Notes: generated by a model not told the origin, from the sequence alone. 62,866 bases of DNA, filler included, from an uncultured Methanosarcinales archaeon (GCA_964589485.1; 3 parts of 3 records of this genome joined end to end with filler, not necessarily neighbours in it), one strand, 5' to 3'. Counted from the whole stretch's first letter, positions 9,686 to 20,119 are shown. Numbers and translations: made by a program.

Positions 9686-10258
9686 ATGAAAGAGTACAAT
9701 AGACTAAAGGATTGTGGATTATGCGATATTGCAAAAGGTTCAGAAACTTACAGAACTACTTTTGAGAATGATTATGCAATTTCAGTTATTATTACTAACC
9801 CTTTTAATGCAACACATCAAATGATTTTACCTAAAAGACATATATCAACTTTAGATGAGTTAACTGCAAATGAATCTTTATCATTACATTTGATTCAAAA
9901 TAGTATAATTAATAGATTAATGGATTTATTTCCATCTGAAGAATCAGAAAAATATTCTCCAACTATTTCAATGAATACTGGGATGGCTCAAACACAACTA
10001 CATTTACATATGCAAGCTTATTTGCAGGCATCTCATACAAGACATAGTTTTAGTTATTCTCATGAAAAAAATGACGAAATAGGATTTAGAAGAAAAGGGC
10101 AATGGAAAATAACAGAAGGAGAAGATATTCATACTCATCCTAAAGTTCCAACTGAAGCTTTAGAAGAAATTGCTAAACATATTAAAGGAACAAATAATTT
10201 GAAAAAAGATAGAGACGCTTTAATTGAGATTAATAAACAAATTTTATTTCCAAAATAA
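9686..10258 (+). CDS. HIT superfamily protein (HxHxQ variant)
   Basis: N-terminal CGLC, HQMILPKRH and QTQLHLHMQ motifs. Confidence 0.75.
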   Translation: MKEYNRLKDCGLCDIAKGSETYRTTFENDYAISVIITNPFNATHQMILPKRHISTLDELTANESLSLHLIQNSIINRLMDLFPSEESEKYSPTISMNTGMAQTQLHLHMQAYLQASHTRHSFSYSHEKNDEIGFRRKGQWKITEGEDIHTHPKVPTEALEEIAKHIKGTNNLKKDRDALIEINKQILFPK

Positions 10259-10891
10259 TTCTTTCTTAATAAATGCGTTAATAATTTTATCATTAAATTC
10301 ATCATTAGGCGAATTTCTTTCAGGATGCCATTGAATTCCTGCAATAGGTAAAGTAGGGTGATACAATGCTTCAATTACTCCATTAGCTTCTCCAAATAAT
10401 TTTAATTCAGTAGATAATACACTAGAATTTATACCTTGATTATGGTATGAATTAGTCATTCCATTACCAAATTCTTTAGTAATAACTTCATGATCAACTC
10501 TAACTTTATGTTCTGGATAAAGTAACTTAATATCTTCTATGATTTTACCTTTAAAATATACATTAATAAATTGCATGCCACGACATATTCCTAAAACTGG
10601 AATTTTATTTTTAATTGCGAAGTCAATCATTAAAGTTTCAGTATCATCTCTAATTTTAACTAAAGAATCTTCTTCAGCTGAAGAATATAATGCAGGATTA
10701 ATATCGTTTCCCCCAGTTAAAATAATATAATCTACTTTTTTTAATAATTGATTAATATTTTTACTTCCATTGGGAATTAAAATTAAAGTAAATCCTTTCT
10801 TTTCTAAATAATCTATATAATTTTTTTCTAAAGAATCGACTATGTCTCCATGTTGATTTTTTCCTATTCTTTGTGAAATTGCAGCTATCAT
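10244..10891 (-). CDS. Class I glutamine amidotransferase / peptidase C26, Cj1417-like gamma-glutamyl-CDP-amidate hydrolase
   Basis: ISQR N-terminus, LTGGND, GICRG nucleophile, NSYHN and QWHPE motifs; translationally coupled to the Cj1418-like gene. Confidence 0.78.
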   Translation of the reverse strand: MIAAISQRIGKNQHGDIVDSLEKNYIDYLEKKGFTLILIPNGSKNINQLLKKVDYIILTGGNDINPALYSSAEEDSLVKIRDDTETLMIDFAIKNKIPVLGICRGMQFINVYFKGKIIEDIKLLYPEHKVRVDHEVITKEFGNGMTNSYHNQGINSSVLSTELKLFGEANGVIEALYHPTLPIAGIQWHPERNSPNDEFNDKIINAFIKKELFWK

Positions 10892-13833
10892 TGAAACTCC
10901 TTACTTATTTTTTTATTTTTACAATCTAATGTAATTGTTTCATTATTTTTAATTTTATCGTACAATTCACCACAACCTATTGCAGCTGGAATTCCAAATT
11001 CAGCACATCTAATTGACATATGTGAAGCAACTCCTCCATATTTTGTAATTAGTCCAGAAGGGTTTCTAGTAAATATCCAGTCATACCCTGGATCTCCATT
11101 TTCAATCATTACGATATTACCTTCAATGTTTTCTTTATTACCAGTATCTACAACTTTATTTTTAATTGATTTTTGTGTAATGAAATTGGGTCTTACCGTA
11201 TATGATTGTACTATATCTATATCCCTTTCAGAAAAAATAATAGGCGGCATGAGTAATTTATCTTTTAATTCTCTATCTTTAATTCTTTTTTCTATTGATT
11301 TTTGCCATGAATTAGCATACTCTTCTTGAGTATTATAAACTTTAAATAAATCTTCAACACTTAAGTAAGCTAATTCTTCATTAGTGAAACCCATTTTTTG
11401 ACCAGCTAATGAAATTAATTCTATTGCGTCACTTAAATTCTTAGAAAATTCAAATTTACTAAATTCTCTTGCTTCGGTTGCATTTTTTGCAAATGAAAAT
11501 AAAGTTTTTGTATCAAAATTTAAGCCATGTTCTTTAAGTGAAAAATTAATTTCATCTTCGTTGTTTAATATAAATTCAGGCGTATTTTCAATTTCAACAT
11601 TGTTTAAATCTGTTTTAAGTAATTCTGGGTTTTTATCATATCGTAAACTAGTAATATCATAAGTTCCAGGTCTTAAGTGATAATATTTTTTAATAAAATC
11701 TTCTTTTGAAATAATATTGTTGCATACTTTTTTAAAATCTAAATTAATGTCGGTTGCAACAGTTGAAATTGAATTCATAAAGTTATCAAAATATTCTTGA
11801 GTGATTACATTAGATGTAACTAAACTTTTTAAAATAATTTTTGCTTTAAAACCAAGTCTTGCTAAACGAGAAAATTGTACTGTTCCTAAATTTTTACAAT
11901 CATCTAACAAATATTTAGCAGAGTTAAGTAACTCTTTAACTGAAGAAGATGAATTTATTTTATTTAAACAATTATTTCTATTTTTTTCTAATTCCTTTAA
12001 AGCTTCGAAATCTTTATTAATAGTATTGTTGATTATATTAGTATTAGTTATGTTAAGTAAAGATGTTTTTAATTTATTAACTTCATCTTCGGTAAAACCA
12101 TTTGAGATAAGTTCTTTGGCTCTATCGCTAAAAGAAAAATCAAAACATGTGAATAAAATTTCAAATTCAACTTTATCTTGGAGTTCTGGATTATTTTCTA
12201 ATTTATCTAAATAGAAATTGACTAGTTTTTCTCTTAATTCATGATCTAAAGTATTAGGAATGAATGAATTAAAGCTATGCCGAACGTCAATATATGGTTT
12301 GTTTCCAAATAATACAACTAATTGTGCAGGATTAACATTATAATATCCTTGAGAAGTTCTTGCCTCGTGCCATGCAGTATTGGTTATTATGTAATCGTAT
12401 AAAGAATAGTCTAAATAATTAGGAGTATCTCCAATAATTTCGGCAGGGTTCCAATCTGGCATGTCTGCAAAAATTGTATTTTGCCCTGATAAATGTTTTT
12501 TTGGCTCAGAATAAGAATTAAATTGTATTTTTAAATTTTCTTTTAGTTCTTTAACTTCTTCATCATTATTTTCAGATAATGCTGTAGTTAATGGACGTAC
12601 TTGGAAAATTATTACTTCATCGTTTTTATTTATTGCAAATTCAATATCTAATGCTAATGAAGGAAGTAAAGATTCTATTTCTTTAACTGAATCTATTAAT
12701 TTAACAAACTTGTTAGGAATTTCTTTAGAGAAACGTGAAATTTTAATACTTTTATTTTCAATTCCTTTAGTAACACTATCTGAAGTTCCTGTTGAATCAT
12801 CGTAATTGATAACATAATAAGGGGAACTTTTTTCTAAAGTTCTAGTAAATAATACGCCTGATATGGAAATATTTTTAGTTTGATTTTGTAACAATACTTG
12901 GTTGAATGAACTTTCTGAATTTTTTCCTTTATATGATTTAATTACTTCTTTAACTGCATTTTCAATTTCTTTTTTATCGTTAGAATCTACATTTAAAATA
13001 CTTTCAAAACATCCTGCATTTGATTCTGTCATTGTATCTTCGTTCATTGCAGAACTTCTAACTACAATATTTTTTCCTTTAAAGAAATCTCTAGCTTTAT
13101 CTAAAATCTCTTCCTTTTTATTAAACCATTCTTTAACATTAATTACTAATGCTTCTTCTATTTTAGATTTTTTTAATAATGGTTTTAATGCCATTAATGT
13201 TTTAGCTTTTGTTGAAATTATAGTTTTATTTCCTTTAATTAATTCTGAATCTATATCTTGTTTTCCTTCAATTATTTGTGAAAAATCTGCAATATCTTTT
13301 ACTTTAGTTTGATTTTCTATAATGTAGTTAATTATTTTTGTAGTTGATAACCTTTCATAATAAGGATGTTGAACAATATTGCCATTAATTTCTTTAATGA
13401 ATTCTTTTCCATGAACATTTTTAATATCTGACCCGTGAACTAGAATTAATTCTGCATTTGGAAATTCTTCGTGGATTTTTTGTAAATTTTCAGTAGGATC
13501 ACGATTTTTTTGTACTATAACTTTATCTACAAAATTTAAACTAGAAATTATAGCTTTTCTTTCTTGTAAATTAGCAATAGGTTTCATTCTATATTTTTCT
13601 ACGCCTTCATCTGTAATTACACCGCAAATTAAGTAATCTGCAACAGATTTAGCAAATTTAATGGAATTTAAGTGCCCGTAGTGAAATAAGTCTCCAACTA
13701 CTCCTAAATAAGCTATTTTTTTAATGGGGCTATTGGTAATTTCAACAACATCTCCCTCTTTTATGCCTGATTCTTTAGGAACAGTGATGCATAATTGTCC
13801 ATTGGACTTATTTTGCCATACTATTTTTTTCAT
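10888..13833 (-). CDS. Fusion: AbrB-like domain + HIGH-type cytidylyltransferase + Cj1418-like L-glutamine kinase (PEP-utilising/PPDK-like fold)
   Basis: GQLCITVPKESGIKEGDVVEI (AbrB-like); GDLFHYGH...STTKI (TagD/RfaE-like); VRSSA...EDT...SNAG and FQVRP (ATP-grasp); MPDWNPAEIIG; phospho-His domain GGVASHMSIRCAEFGIPAAIG. Start moved to ATG 13833, below a TATA box. Confidence 0.82.
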   Translation of the reverse strand: MKKIVWQNKSNGQLCITVPKESGIKEGDVVEITNSPIKKIAYLGVVGDLFHYGHLNSIKFAKSVADYLICGVITDEGVEKYRMKPIANLQERKAIISSLNFVDKVIVQKNRDPTENLQKIHEEFPNAELILVHGSDIKNVHGKEFIKEINGNIVQHPYYERLSTTKIINYIIENQTKVKDIADFSQIIEGKQDIDSELIKGNKTIISTKAKTLMALKPLLKKSKIEEALVINVKEWFNKKEEILDKARDFFKGKNIVVRSSAMNEDTMTESNAGCFESILNVDSNDKKEIENAVKEVIKSYKGKNSESSFNQVLLQNQTKNISISGVLFTRTLEKSSPYYVINYDDSTGTSDSVTKGIENKSIKISRFSKEIPNKFVKLIDSVKEIESLLPSLALDIEFAINKNDEVIIFQVRPLTTALSENNDEEVKELKENLKIQFNSYSEPKKHLSGQNTIFADMPDWNPAEIIGDTPNYLDYSLYDYIITNTAWHEARTSQGYYNVNPAQLVVLFGNKPYIDVRHSFNSFIPNTLDHELREKLVNFYLDKLENNPELQDKVEFEILFTCFDFSFSDRAKELISNGFTEDEVNKLKTSLLNITNTNIINNTINKDFEALKELEKNRNNCLNKINSSSSVKELLNSAKYLLDDCKNLGTVQFSRLARLGFKAKIILKSLVTSNVITQEYFDNFMNSISTVATDINLDFKKVCNNIISKEDFIKKYYHLRPGTYDITSLRYDKNPELLKTDLNNVEIENTPEFILNNEDEINFSLKEHGLNFDTKTLFSFAKNATEAREFSKFEFSKNLSDAIELISLAGQKMGFTNEELAYLSVEDLFKVYNTQEEYANSWQKSIEKRIKDRELKDKLLMPPIIFSERDIDIVQSYTVRPNFITQKSIKNKVVDTGNKENIEGNIVMIENGDPGYDWIFTRNPSGLITKYGGVASHMSIRCAEFGIPAAIGCGELYDKIKNNETITLDCKNKKISKEFQ

Positions 13834-13874
13834 AGTACTAGTGTCAATAGTAGGACATATATAAATTTGACTCT

Positions 13875-15053
13875 TCAAATAGCTTTTTTGAGAATATCTG
13901 CAACTAATTTGTTACCTTTTACGCTAAAATGACCACCATATTGATTATCATCTGAGAATAATTCATTTAAATTAGGGTAATTAAGTAATTCCTGTGTTAA
14001 ATCAACAACTTTTATGTTGTTTTTGATTTTATCAATAAATTCAGAGTAAAAATTAGAGTTTTCTTGGATATAAGTAATGTCATCTTTTTGAGGCATCCAT
14101 AAAAATATAGGTGTAAAATTTTGTTTTTTTGCATAAGATTTGAATTCTTGAACTAATTTTGTCATTAAATTAACTGCATTTTTATCATTGTATAAATCTA
14201 CTCTTAATTTACGGTTAATATCCATTATAACTTTCATTGGTTCGGGGTATCCGCCAATTTCTTTTTTGTTAAATTTATATTTGGTAACTGAATAAATTAA
14301 CTTTAAATTTCTTTTTTTCAATATTGAAAATAAATAAGGGAACTTAATCATTTCTTTTTTAAATTTAGTTTCATAGAATGAATCGTATTTTTTTATTTCA
14401 TCTAAATATTGTGTATAATTGTAGAATTTATCTTTAGTATTGATTATATTATTAATTAATTTTAATTCATTATTTTCAATAATATATCTAGGTTTAAAAC
14501 CAAATGTATTGCCAAATTCATTATAATGTTTCCATACACACAAAACTCTTACAATAGTTGAAGGGACAACTCCCATTATTACTGTTTCAGATTTGTTTTT
14601 AGGAAATTCTTTTTTTAATCTTAATAAACTTTGATCTAAACCATAATTTCCAACTCCAAAATTTAATACATTGGATTTAGTTAATTCTGAAAGTTGCCAT
14701 GAAAATGTTTGGTTATCGTTAACTTGTCTTGCAAAAGTAAATGAATCTCCATAACAAGAAATTTTAATTGGTAAGTTTTCATGTCCTGGATTAAGTCTAG
14801 ATCCTTTTTCATTAATATTAAAAGTAGAAGTTCCAATTTTACTAATTTCTGTTTTTGAAGTGTTAGGTTTTCTAATCCAACCTAATTTAGAATCCCAGCC
14901 ATGTGTAAAAAATTTATTTAATCCTTCTTTACTTAGTTCTGGAGTTTCATCTTTTGATGTAATTAACCATTGAAAATCTTTTCTTAAATAATTAATAATA
15001 AAATATGAAACTATTTCAAGTAAAATTAATGTAAATATTATTTTAAAAATCAT
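13875..15053 (-). CDS. Membrane-anchored SGNH/GDSL hydrolase-like protein
   Basis: N-terminal TM; YGDSFTF, NFGVGNYG and GHFSVKGN blocks. Confidence 0.7.
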   Translation of the reverse strand: MIFKIIFTLILLEIVSYFIINYLRKDFQWLITSKDETPELSKEGLNKFFTHGWDSKLGWIRKPNTSKTEISKIGTSTFNINEKGSRLNPGHENLPIKISCYGDSFTFARQVNDNQTFSWQLSELTKSNVLNFGVGNYGLDQSLLRLKKEFPKNKSETVIMGVVPSTIVRVLCVWKHYNEFGNTFGFKPRYIIENNELKLINNIINTKDKFYNYTQYLDEIKKYDSFYETKFKKEMIKFPYLFSILKKRNLKLIYSVTKYKFNKKEIGGYPEPMKVIMDINRKLRVDLYNDKNAVNLMTKLVQEFKSYAKKQNFTPIFLWMPQKDDITYIQENSNFYSEFIDKIKNNIKVVDLTQELLNYPNLNELFSDDNQYGGHFSVKGNKLVADILKKAI

Positions 15054-15931
15054 TTTTTCATCATGTCTGCGAAAAATCCAAATAAAATAACTTGAATTCC
15101 TATTAAAATTAATAACATGCTCAATATAGTTGATGGAAGGCGCCCAATAAATCCAAGAGTAACTAATCTATATAATAACCAAATCCCAATTCCAAAACCA
15201 ATAATTAAAAATATTGCTCCAATTCTACCAAAAAATTTTAATGGTTCGTAGTCACGATAAATTCTAAAAATATTAATCCATGCCTTTATTGCATAATCAA
15301 ATGGATTTTTGAATAATCTACTATCTCTTGTTTTTCTTGCTTCAATTGGAATCTCTGCAATTTTAAATCTTTGCTTTGCAGCTTTAATTATTTGTTCTTG
15401 GGTATAAGTGAATGTATTAATATATTTAATTTCTTGAGCTATTTGTTTTGTGAATGCTCTAAATCCAGTAGTTGTATCTGTTAATTTTACTCCTGTCATT
15501 TTACTTAACACTATAGAAAATGCAATATTTCCAAACCTTTTTAGGAAAGGCATTTCTTCAATTTTTCCTGCAAATCTACTTCCTAAAACTAAATCATATC
15601 CTTCATTTAATTTTTCAATTAATTTAGGAATGTACTCTGGTTTGTATTGGCCGTCAGCATCAGTATGAATAATAATATCTGCATTTAATTCAATACATTT
15701 TTTCATTTCATTCCTGAAAGTTTCAGCTAAACCCATATTTCTTTTGTTAGAAAAAACTAAAGCTCCATGTTGTTTTGCAATTTCTACAGTTTTATCTTTA
15801 CTTCCGTCATCATAAACTAAAATTTCATAGTTATAATTAGTATTAATCATTACTGATTTAATTTCATCTAGAACTCTTCCTAAATCTTGTTCTTCATTAT
15901 ATGCGGGAATAGTAATTATTACTTTAGACAT
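15050..15931 (-). CDS. GT2 polyprenol-phosphate glycosyltransferase (DPM synthase-like)
   Basis: IPAYNEE, DDGSKD, DADGQY, GSRF and DTTTGFRAF motifs; two C-terminal TMs. Confidence 0.88.
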   Translation of the reverse strand: MSKVIITIPAYNEEQDLGRVLDEIKSVMINTNYNYEILVYDDGSKDKTVEIAKQHGALVFSNKRNMGLAETFRNEMKKCIELNADIIIHTDADGQYKPEYIPKLIEKLNEGYDLVLGSRFAGKIEEMPFLKRFGNIAFSIVLSKMTGVKLTDTTTGFRAFTKQIAQEIKYINTFTYTQEQIIKAAKQRFKIAEIPIEARKTRDSRLFKNPFDYAIKAWINIFRIYRDYEPLKFFGRIGAIFLIIGFGIGIWLLYRLVTLGFIGRLPSTILSMLLILIGIQVILFGFFADMMKK

Positions 15932-15933
15932 TT

Positions 15934-16983
15934 TCAGAAAGGCGCATTGCCTCCATATTTTTCAATTAATTCTAAGTCTGCATCTACCATTTTTTGTACA
16001 AGTTCTTTAAATTTAACCTTTGGTTCCCAATTTAAGTTTGTTTTAGCTTTTGAAGGATCTCCTAACAATAAATCAACTTCAGCTGGCCTGAAAAATTGTT
16101 TACTTATTTTTACAACTGGTTTATTAGTTTCAATGTTAATATATTCTTCATCTACTCCTTTTTTACCATTACTTTTAATATTAAATCCTGCGTGTTTGAA
16201 AGCTTCTTCTAGAAATTCTCTAACTGAATGAGTTTCACCAGTTGCAATAACATAATCTTCTGGTTTATCTTGTTGTAACATTAACCACATAGCTTCAACG
16301 TAATCTGGAGTGTAACCCCAATCCCTTTTCGCGTCTAAGTTACCTAAATGTAAAATATCTTGTTCTCCTTTTTTAATTTCAGCAATAGCTTGAGTTATTT
16401 TTCTTGTAACAAAATTTCTTCCCCTTTTAGGACTTTCATGATTAAATAGAATTCCGTTACATGCAAACATGTTATAACTTTCTCTAAAATTAATTGTAAT
16501 CCAATATCCAAATACTTTTGCACATCCATAAGGACTTCTAGGATGGAAAGGAGTTTTTTCAGTTTGAGGAGTTTCTTTAACTTCTCCAAACATTTCACTG
16601 CTAGACGCTTGATAGAATTTTACATCTTTATCTAAACCATTTAATGCTTCAAGTAACCTTAATGTACCTAATGCAATAGTATCGGTTGTATATTCTGGCA
16701 TATCAAAACTAATTTGAACATGACTTTGTGCTCCTAAATTATAAACTTCATCTGGTTTAACTTTGTTTATTATTTTATTAATACTGCTAGAATCGCATAA
16801 ATCTCCATATATTAATTGAAAATTTTCTTCATTATGGAAAGTATACATTTCATCAATTCTACCCCTATTAAATGTACTTGACCTTCTAACTATACCATAT
16901 ACCTTATATCCTTTTTTTAATAAAAAATCTGCTAAATATGATCCATCTTGCCCTGTAATTCCTGTAATTAATGCTTTTTTCAT
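15934..16983 (-). CDS. gmd: GDP-mannose 4,6-dehydratase
   Basis: [43 protein letters not shown] and RPAEVD motifs. Confidence 0.97.
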   Translation of the reverse strand: MKKALITGITGQDGSYLADFLLKKGYKVYGIVRRSSTFNRGRIDEMYTFHNEENFQLIYGDLCDSSSINKIINKVKPDEVYNLGAQSHVQISFDMPEYTTDTIALGTLRLLEALNGLDKDVKFYQASSSEMFGEVKETPQTEKTPFHPRSPYGCAKVFGYWITINFRESYNMFACNGILFNHESPKRGRNFVTRKITQAIAEIKKGEQDILHLGNLDAKRDWGYTPDYVEAMWLMLQQDKPEDYVIATGETHSVREFLEEAFKHAGFNIKSNGKKGVDEEYINIETNKPVVKISKQFFRPAEVDLLLGDPSKAKTNLNWEPKVKFKELVQKMVDADLELIEKYGGNAPF

Positions 16984-17038
16984 TTTCGTTTCTGATAAAA
17001 AGACAATCTTTAAAAATATTGTGTATTTTTGGAAAATA

Positions 17039-17372
17039 ATGAGTATAAATAAATTTACTAAAGATGGGGAATTATTGGCTATATTAATTAAGTCAAATTA
17101 TTCAGAAGATGGATTAAATTTTGTAACACCTGATGAATTTCCTTTTCAATTGGGGATGCATAACCATAAAAAGGGTTTTATTTCGGAGCCACATGAACAT
17201 CCGCCTTTATTAAATGTAGATAAATTAGAAAGTCAAGAATTTTTTTTAGTAAGAAAAGGAAAGGTAAAAGTTGAATTATATCATAAAAAAGAATTAATAG
17301 ATTCTTGTATATTAGAACAAGGAGATATGATTTTATTAAATTGTGGGCATTCTGTTGAATTTTTGGAAAATT
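17039..17372 (+). CDS. Cupin-domain protein (truncated by spacer)
   Basis: PHEH...QEFFLVRKG...GDMILL..GH cupin motifs; ends at the N run. Confidence 0.7.
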
Positions 17373-17472
17373 NNNNNNNNNNNNNNNNNNNNNNNNNNNN
17401 NNNNNNNNNNNNNNNNTTAATTAATTAANNNNNNNNNNNNNNNNNNNNNNNNNNNNNNNNNNNNNNNNNNNN
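17373..17472. other. Artificial contig-join spacer (N44-TTAATTAATTAA-N44)
   Basis: Six-frame stop linker flanked by equal N runs; adjacency across it is not biological evidence. Confidence 0.95.
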
Positions 17473-17481
17473 AACTGTCAA

Positions 17482-17841
17482 ATGAATATTCAGGATGAAA
17501 TAGTTAGTAAACTGTCAAACTTGGGATATAAAGATAGAATTGTAATTGAATTGCCGAATGTAGAATGGGCTGAATTTACAGATACTAATAGTATGGATCC
17601 TTTTATTGATTCAGAAAGTAATAGTTTAGAATTAAGGCCTTCATCTTCTTCGCAGTTAAAGGTAGGAGATATTATTTCTTATAGATATGAAGATAGTTAT
17701 ATTGTTCATAGAATTGTTCAAATTGGTAATGATGATAAAGGTTGGTATGCTTTAACAAAAGGAGATAATAATAAAAAAATAGATCCTGATAGAGTAAGGT
17801 TTAATCAAATTCATGGAGTTTTAGTTGCTATTTTGTATTAA
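17482..17841 (+). CDS. S26 signal peptidase I-like protein (probably 5'-truncated)
   Basis: TNSMDP (catalytic Ser), GDII, IVHRI (His) and TKGDNN motifs. Confidence 0.8.
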   Translation: MNIQDEIVSKLSNLGYKDRIVIELPNVEWAEFTDTNSMDPFIDSESNSLELRPSSSSQLKVGDIISYRYEDSYIVHRIVQIGNDDKGWYALTKGDNNKKIDPDRVRFNQIHGVLVAILY

Positions 17842-20081
17842 ACTTTAAAATAATAGTTTATGTCTTTTCCACTTAAATCTTTTACATCAATTTCTTGTTT
17901 AACTGGGTAAAGGTTTCTTGATCCTTTCTTAACATTCATATGATTGTTACAACTTCTAACTTTCTTTAATATATCATTATTTGATTTATCAAACGCATAC
18001 ATAACTTGGTCTTGGTAAACTAGTAGAGTTATTATATTTCCTTTTTGAAGTTTATCCCATTTTACGTTTTGTCCTAAAACATAAGTATTGTCAAATTGTG
18101 TTGTTTTTCTTTTTACGCATTTATTAAACGCAACTAAATCAGCTCTAGCTATATGTGTTTGAGTATTTACTGTAGCTCCATATGGTTGATATTCGTAGAT
18201 AATATAATCAAATTCTTTAATTTCTTTTCCATCTTTACAATTGCTAACTCTATTTACTTGATAGTATTTATCAAATCCAGTTTGCTTCTTATAACTTGCT
18301 TCAGCATGATAACAATCTTTAGTGCAACTGTCAACTGTAGTAAATTTAGTATCAAAATCTTTTTTATTAAAAGATCCACCTTTTTTCGCATATCTATCTG
18401 TAGTTGTAGCGCAACTATCTTTGTATATTATACCTTTGTAGTATAATTCACCTTTAGTTAATTGATTAACTCCACCATCTGTATCACTAGGAATATCGTG
18501 TTTTATTATTACTTGTGGTGTATTTCCGCCAGGAGATTGTGCTTTTTTTGCTCCTCTGCCATCACTTCCTATTCTTTCTATTCTATTTTTTAAATTTAAT
18601 ACTCCACCATACGTTCTATGGCATGTTGCTGTTTCAATACACATGTCACCAAATATCCCAGTTGCATCAGTCCATCCTTTCGATGCATATGCCGCAGAGC
18701 CAAAGCAATTATTAGATTTCCAAAAATCTGCAGGTCCACCTGCATGAAGTCTACATGCTTGATCTAATCCCATTCTTGAAACTCCTTTTCTTTTATTTTT
18801 TGGTAAGCTGAAATAATCTTCACCCGCAATACGATATTTTTTATTTTTTTGGATGCTGTTTTCGAATTTTGATGAAGATATTTCCATTTGATTTTTATTC
18901 AATGTTGGTTTCTCTTCTAAATCTCTAGTTTTAACATTAGAACAAAGAACAGATTTTAAACAACCAGTATATCTAACTTTATCATACAAGTGAACAAATT
19001 CATTTTTTGCATTATAGCCTACTTGTGTTGATAGTTGACAGTTGCTTAATGCTTGTTCTTCATAAGCAACCATGTGTGTGAAACCTTTTGCATCACAAAA
19101 TATTTTAGCTGTATTTTCACTTCTATAATTTTTTTTATTGCTAAAACTTTCTACTCCTAATCCATAATTTGCTTTTTTAGCAAAATCAAGGTTTTTGAAT
19201 ACATATTTCTTTTTACCATTTAAATGAATATCTTCCCAATTTAGTTTTGGGTTTTCAAATAAAACATCTTCATCATATGCGTATACAGGAAGACTATTAA
19301 TACTTTGTTTAGATGCACTTGGTTCTTTAACACAAGCTCCATCTTTACATCCTTTAGGACAGAAAACAGTTTCTTGTAATCTATAGTATTTTTGATTTGA
19401 GTCACAATAAAACTCATTTAAAGTATTTGCATCTTTACATTGATCTTTAGCGTAATATGATCTAGTTCTTCTAGTATGTTTATGCCTAGAATATGTTTGT
19501 TCTTTCTTAAAATAATCTTTATTACCTGTTCTACATTTACTACTTTGGTATTTTTTACTTGATTTTATTATAACTGGTTCTTTAGACTCTTTAAAATCTT
19601 CTAATGTTCTGCATGCACCGTCTTTACAACCTAATTCACATGCTTTGTAATTCACATGTCTTTTATAATTGTAGTTTCTACTTCTTCCTCTTCTTTTATA
19701 TGTTTTCCATGAACATGAATTTTCTACAACAGTATTTGAGTTTTTACATTTGTCAGTTCTAGCTGAATTATAATACCTACCTCTTCTACTTTTATATTTG
19801 TAAGTAAGTTTTCCTTTTTTTTCTAAATTACTTCCATCATTATCGGAACAACTTACAACTCTGTATGTCCATGATGTCCTAGGTTTTGAAGTTTTATAAT
19901 ATCTTCTTCCACCCCAACCTTGGCCAGCTAAATCATCTGAAGTGGTTTCAATTATAGTTCCATTTTCATCATAGTATTCAACTAATGGAGAAGTAACTTG
20001 ATCTTGACTCATAAGAATAAAAATTAATACTAAGAATCCTCCTACATACCATAATAAATGTGATTTGTTTATTGTTTTCAT
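17838..20081 (-). CDS. Secreted or anchored Cys-rich, Lys/Arg-rich protein (paralog 3)
   Basis: Shared leader HLLWYxGxFLVLxFxLMSQ...DLxGQ; repeated C-x-D-x-D...KG...D-x-C...E-x-x-C...C-x-x-GC-x-x-GAC modules. Confidence 0.75.
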   Translation of the reverse strand: MKTINKSHLLWYVGGFLVLIFILMSQDQVTSPLVEYYDENGTIIETTSDDLAGQGWGGRRYYKTSKPRTSWTYRVVSCSDNDGSNLEKKGKLTYKYKSRRGRYYNSARTDKCKNSNTVVENSCSWKTYKRRGRSRNYNYKRHVNYKACELGCKDGACRTLEDFKESKEPVIIKSSKKYQSSKCRTGNKDYFKKEQTYSRHKHTRRTRSYYAKDQCKDANTLNEFYCDSNQKYYRLQETVFCPKGCKDGACVKEPSASKQSINSLPVYAYDEDVLFENPKLNWEDIHLNGKKKYVFKNLDFAKKANYGLGVESFSNKKNYRSENTAKIFCDAKGFTHMVAYEEQALSNCQLSTQVGYNAKNEFVHLYDKVRYTGCLKSVLCSNVKTRDLEEKPTLNKNQMEISSSKFENSIQKNKKYRIAGEDYFSLPKNKRKGVSRMGLDQACRLHAGGPADFWKSNNCFGSAAYASKGWTDATGIFGDMCIETATCHRTYGGVLNLKNRIERIGSDGRGAKKAQSPGGNTPQVIIKHDIPSDTDGGVNQLTKGELYYKGIIYKDSCATTTDRYAKKGGSFNKKDFDTKFTTVDSCTKDCYHAEASYKKQTGFDKYYQVNRVSNCKDGKEIKEFDYIIYEYQPYGATVNTQTHIARADLVAFNKCVKRKTTQFDNTYVLGQNVKWDKLQKGNIITLLVYQDQVMYAFDKSNNDILKKVRSCNNHMNVKKGSRNLYPVKQEIDVKDLSGKDINYYFKV

Positions 20082-20119
20082 TGTGTCTATTAATCCTTTA
20101 CTGATTTAAATACTTAACT

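Noticed and set aside
10888..13833. PEP synthase / pyruvate phosphate dikinase
   Set aside because: The phospho-His domain is C-terminal and there is no pyruvate-binding TIM barrel; motifs and neighbours fit a Cj1418-like enzyme.
17373..17472. TTAATTAATTAA palindrome as a biological site (also 38127-38138)
   Set aside because: Identical six-frame-stop linker centred in N runs; an assembly artefact, so the ORF ends at 17428 and 38134 are not real.
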